Shown: in pieces, positions 26,521 to 29,863 of the stretch | Layout of the letters: each line of letters opens with the position of its first letter | How positions within the stretch are numbered: position 1 is the stretch's first letter | Assembly (NCBI GenBank): GCA_046754105.1 | Contig: JBHHVD010000036.1 | Coordinates: forward strand, 1 to 29,863 | Direction of reading: 5' to 3' | Length of the DNA stretch: 29,863 nucleotides | From: Candidatus Krumholzibacteriia bacterium | Lineage (GTDB): Bacteria > Krumholzibacteriota > Krumholzibacteriia > WVZY01 | Notes under the pieces: model-generated | The model's database searches: none | What the model was told of the DNA's origin: nothing | The model's input: the letters and a program-made list of their open reading frames with translations, nothing else | Made by a program: the position numbers and the translations under genes

Positions 26521-29500
26521 ATGAAATATCCCTTCGCACTCCTGTTGTGTATCTCCTGGATTCTCCCGTCATCCGCCGTACCTGCGTTCGCCAGGAAATC
26601 ATCGGACAACAGCCCGCGCTTCAAAGAGATGCCGCAACCGGCTGTAGCTCCCGCGGGGTTGGGGGGAGTGCCGTTGCGATCCGCCGCGGCCGCCGACACC
26701 TTCAACCTCGGATGGTTCAGCTTCGATAGTGCCGGGTTGGGTAACCCGCAGGGTTGGACCACCGTCGACCTGACCACCCAGCCGCTCCACTGGCACGTCG
26801 CTTCCGGTGCGGGCGAACTCGACGGCGGAAACCTCGGCAACCTGCTGCCGCTCGAGGGCAACCAGTCGATGTGGTGCGGACAGGCACCGAGTTCGGACCC
26901 GCCCTACTGCGGCTGGGCATCGCTGCCGGGCTACGGAAACGGCTGGGACCAGATTTTTCTTGGCAATACCCTGCCCGGCGACAGCGCGCGCATCAGCTAC
27001 AAGGTGTTCTGGGACTCGGAGCCGGGGTACGACGGCACGACCTTCGAGTGGTCGGGCGACGGCGGCCTGACATGGGCCCGGTTCCCGGTGGCCCCGGGGT
27101 TGACGGCGCGTACGGAGATCTACGACGGCGGCCCGGCGACCCTGGTGGAGACGTTCACCCAGGGCGGCATGACTACCGTGCAATTCCGCTACCGCTTCAC
27201 GGCCGACGGCGCGTGGTCGGACGAGGACGGGTTGTGGCCGACGGACGGAGCGATCCTGCTCGACAGCATCTCGGTGGACACCTGGGCGGCGGGTATTCCT
27301 GCGTTTAGCAACTTCGAGGACTTCGAGGGTGCGGCCGAGGGAGATACGGCCGCCGGTATGTGGACGGCCACGGTCCCGGAACCCTTCGGAGATTTCGGCA
27401 GCCTCTACCGCGGCGCGACACTCCTCCAGGAGGACCCGTGTTTTACGGATCTGACCTTTCTCTGGGGCTGGTTCGACGATCCGGCGCGCACGGGCTACTG
27501 GTGCCACGTGCCGGACCCGCGCCCGGACGTCGGCGCCATGCCGTACGGCAACTCGCAGGGCCAGTACATTGGCAACGAAATCTGGTCGCCCCCGATCGAT
27601 AATATTGGCGCCGGAAGCGAGTACCGGCTCGAGTTCCTGACCTACCGCGACCTGGCACTCGACAACATGCAATTCTACATCTGGAGCGTTCGCAGCGTCG
27701 ATGCCGCCGGCTGTCCGGGCACGTGGAACAACGACAACTACGTGTACTTCGGGGGCCAGAAGGACTGGATACGCACCTCTTTTCAGGTCGGGGCGCACCT
27801 GGACCCCACCGCTCCCCGGATTCAGCTCTCGATTGGCGTGCGCGATATGTGCGGCGTCTGGTATTGCTTTGGGGAAAACTGTCACAGCCATGCACCACTG
27901 ATCGATGAGGTTCACATCAAGCGCATCAACGTCGTCGGTCCCCAGTTCGTCATCCGCCACATCGATCTCTTCCAGGACAACTTCGCCGCGGACGGCACCC
28001 TGACGGGCACGGCGCGGGCGGACGCCGCCAACGACATCGCCCCGTTTTCCAGCCCGACCATCCTCCCGGGCGACTCGGTAACGATGGATATTACGAATCT
28101 CGGCACCGACGCCTTCACCGGCGAGGGCCCGGCCGGCTACGTGTTCGTCGCCGTATGGCCGCAAGGCCAGGCCGCAAAGACCGGCGCCGACATCGAGGCG
28201 CCGGAGACCCGTGCGAACCTCGCCGCCGCGGGTGGCAAGCGCTACCCGCTGGTCGCCGGCCCAGTGCTCGGCGGTGTGCAGTGGTACCAGTTCCGGATGG
28301 ACACCTCGTTTACCAACGGCGGCGCGCCGGTGGCCGACCGCTGGGCGATCGACCTCAACGACAACCTGTTTACGCCGGGGGATACCGTCTGCTATTTCTT
28401 TGGCGCGGACAATGGTGCCGGTAATGCAACCTATTTCCACCGGAAGTTGAACGGCCAGGGCGGGAACTGGGCGACGACGGATATCCTCGAGGCTGCGAAT
28501 TCCCCGATGGAGTTCACGATCCTCCCCGCCGGCGGCAACACCCGGGGCGGAGACATCCTCTACGTGGACGACACGGACGACCGCGGCGGCCCGGCGCAAT
28601 TGTATTTCGACACGGCGTTCGACTACCTGGCGCTGCGGGATAAGATCGACCGTTACGACGTCCTTGGTCCGTCCTCCGGCGTCTCGAACAGTCTCGGGGC
28701 GCGTGTGCAAAACGTCGCCACCCAAATCATGGGGCCGTACCGCAATATCATCTGGAACTCCGGCAACCTCTCGTCCAACCTCATCAACGACGGCGGCACG
28801 GTGTCCGGCGGCGGCAGCCTGGACAAGTCTCCGGACTTCTCGCTGATCTTCCGCTTCCTGGATACGCACACCAACCATCCGGGCTTCTACTACAGCGCGG
28901 ACGACGGCGCATACGATTGGCACTACCAGATGATCGGTCCGGACGCCGTCAACACGCGTTCGATCTATATGAACTTCAACCTGGATCCATCGGCTCCGAA
29001 CGGCGACCACAAGACCGGCGGCGAGCCGGTCTCGCCCGTCCTCGACGCGGTGGGGCCGATCGGCTTTGCAACCGCCGACCGCCTCGTGGCCTACGGGGGC
29101 TGCCCGGGCATCAACGACTTCGATCTCTTACAGGCGACCGGGCTCTCCGTCGCCGAGTTCAACAACGCCGCGACGGGCAAGACCTACGTGCTAAGCCAGA
29201 CGACGCCCAACGCCGCGGGCAGCGTCGCGCGTTTCGTCATGTCCGGGTTCAGCTATCACTATATCCGTGACCTCGGCGCCCCGGGCGCCGCGCCGGCGCG
29301 CGTGACGCATCTTCAGCACATCCTGCAGTTCTTGCAAAATGCCCCCCCGGGACCCAGTGGTTTCGACAAGCCAAAGTTCAACAACGTGCTCGATCCCAGC
29401 TATCCGAATCCGTTCAACCCGGGGACGACCATCCCATTCGAGATCAAGAAGAGCGGCCACGTGTCGCTGAAGATCTACAACGTGTCCGGTCAGTTGGTGA

Positions 29501-29667
29501 AAACGCTGCTGGATGGCGAGCTGCCGGCGGGCCGATACGCGAAAGAGCCGTTCAACCGCTGGGACGGTACGAATGACGCCGGCCAGCCGGTGGGCAGCGG
29601 TGTTTATTTCTATAGAATTCTCACTCGAACCTTTACCAAGACGATGAAACTGGTCGTCCTGAGGTGA
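26521..29667 (+). CDS. Large secreted protein with C-terminal FlgD-Ig / T9SS-sorting-like domain
   Basis: GGGAGAGG RBS, signal peptide MKYPFALLLC...; beta-sandwich-like motifs (DSEPGYD, FRYRFTADGAWSDEDG); C-terminus SYPNPFNP...LKIYNVSGQLVKTL...WDGTNDAGQPVGSGVYFYR...KLVVLR. Confidence 0.88.
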   Translation: MKYPFALLLCISWILPSSAVPAFARKSSDNSPRFKEMPQPAVAPAGLGGVPLRSAAAADTFNLGWFSFDSAGLGNPQGWTTVDLTTQPLHWHVASGAGELDGGNLGNLLPLEGNQSMWCGQAPSSDPPYCGWASLPGYGNGWDQIFLGNTLPGDSARISYKVFWDSEPGYDGTTFEWSGDGGLTWARFPVAPGLTARTEIYDGGPATLVETFTQGGMTTVQFRYRFTADGAWSDEDGLWPTDGAILLDSISVDTWAAGIPAFSNFEDFEGAAEGDTAAGMWTATVPEPFGDFGSLYRGATLLQEDPCFTDLTFLWGWFDDPARTGYWCHVPDPRPDVGAMPYGNSQGQYIGNEIWSPPIDNIGAGSEYRLEFLTYRDLALDNMQFYIWSVRSVDAAGCPGTWNNDNYVYFGGQKDWIRTSFQVGAHLDPTAPRIQLSIGVRDMCGVWYCFGENCHSHAPLIDEVHIKRINVVGPQFVIRHIDLFQDNFAADGTLTGTARADAANDIAPFSSPTILPGDSVTMDITNLGTDAFTGEGPAGYVFVAVWPQGQAAKTGADIEAPETRANLAAAGGKRYPLVAGPVLGGVQWYQFRMDTSFTNGGAPVADRWAIDLNDNLFTPGDTVCYFFGADNGAGNATYFHRKLNGQGGNWATTDILEAANSPMEFTILPAGGNTRGGDILYVDDTDDRGGPAQLYFDTAFDYLALRDKIDRYDVLGPSSGVSNSLGARVQNVATQIMGPYRNIIWNSGNLSSNLINDGGTVSGGGSLDKSPDFSLIFRFLDTHTNHPGFYYSADDGAYDWHYQMIGPDAVNTRSIYMNFNLDPSAPNGDHKTGGEPVSPVLDAVGPIGFATADRLVAYGGCPGINDFDLLQATGLSVAEFNNAATGKTYVLSQTTPNAAGSVARFVMSGFSYHYIRDLGAPGAAPARVTHLQHILQFLQNAPPGPSGFDKPKFNNVLDPSYPNPFNPGTTIPFEIKKSGHVSLKIYNVSGQLVKTLLDGELPAGRYAKEPFNRWDGTNDAGQPVGSGVYFYRILTRTFTKTMKLVVLR

Positions 29668-29673
29668 CATGGT

Positions 29674-29863
29674 ATGCGGGAGCCCGTTGCGATCCTGCTG
29701 TGCGGTGTTGTGGTTCTGGCGTCGCTCGCTGCCGCCGCCCTTGCCCGGAAGGCGCCCGGACAGAAGTATTACATTAAGGAGCTGGCGCAGCCGGCCCCGG
29801 CGCCCGACGGTTTCGGCTCGGCCCCATCGTTGTCGGCCGCCGCGGCGGCCGATACGTTCAACC
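29674..29863 (+). CDS. 5' end of a tandem paralog of the 26521 protein (runs off window)
   Basis: Not in the ORF track. GAGGTG RBS, ATG 29674; MREPVAILLCGVVVLASLAAAALARKAPGQKYYIKELAQPAPAPDGFGSAPSLSAAAAADTFN aligns to MKYPFALLLC...ARKSS...KEMPQPAVAPAGLGGVPLRSAAAADTFN. Confidence 0.85.
   Translation, partial: MREPVAILLCGVVVLASLAAAALARKAPGQKYYIKELAQPAPAPDGFGSAPSLSAAAAADTFN

Overview
GC-rich bacterial window. The FlgD-Ig/T9SS-like C-terminal domain protein, C25-type propeptide and Bacteroidota-type short SigA paralog suggest an FCB-related lineage such as Latescibacterota/Krumholzibacteriota (inference). Left to right: (1) the 5' end of a probable gingipain/C25-type secreted protein; (2) an ~18-kb copper/silver-associated cluster: a minus-strand operon (class I/II aminotransferase, sigma70 paralog, CxxC-bearing MacB/FtsX permease, ABC ATPase, membrane-anchored protein with a Cys-rich tail), an outer-membrane beta-barrel, a LOG-family protein, cusC-cusB-cusA followed by a His/Cys periplasmic protein and a diheme cytochrome c, and a convergent Cu(I) P1B-ATPase; (3) a cytochrome c maturation operon (ccmE[CxxxY]-F-H-two accessory genes-A-B-C-D) with a Rex-like operator; (4) two tandem paralogous large secreted proteins. 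The main discovery is non-coding. Four transcription units of the metal cluster each carry a sigma54 (-24/-12) promoter preceded, at a near-constant 95-105 bp, by a tandem pair of a 16-bp palindrome (consensus TGTAGAATATTCTACA). This defines a candidate sigma54 enhancer regulon that links Cu efflux to an uncharacterised aminotransferase/sigma70/ABC/Cys-tail operon, i.e. a sigma54-to-sigma70 cascade. The cognate activator is not encoded in the window.
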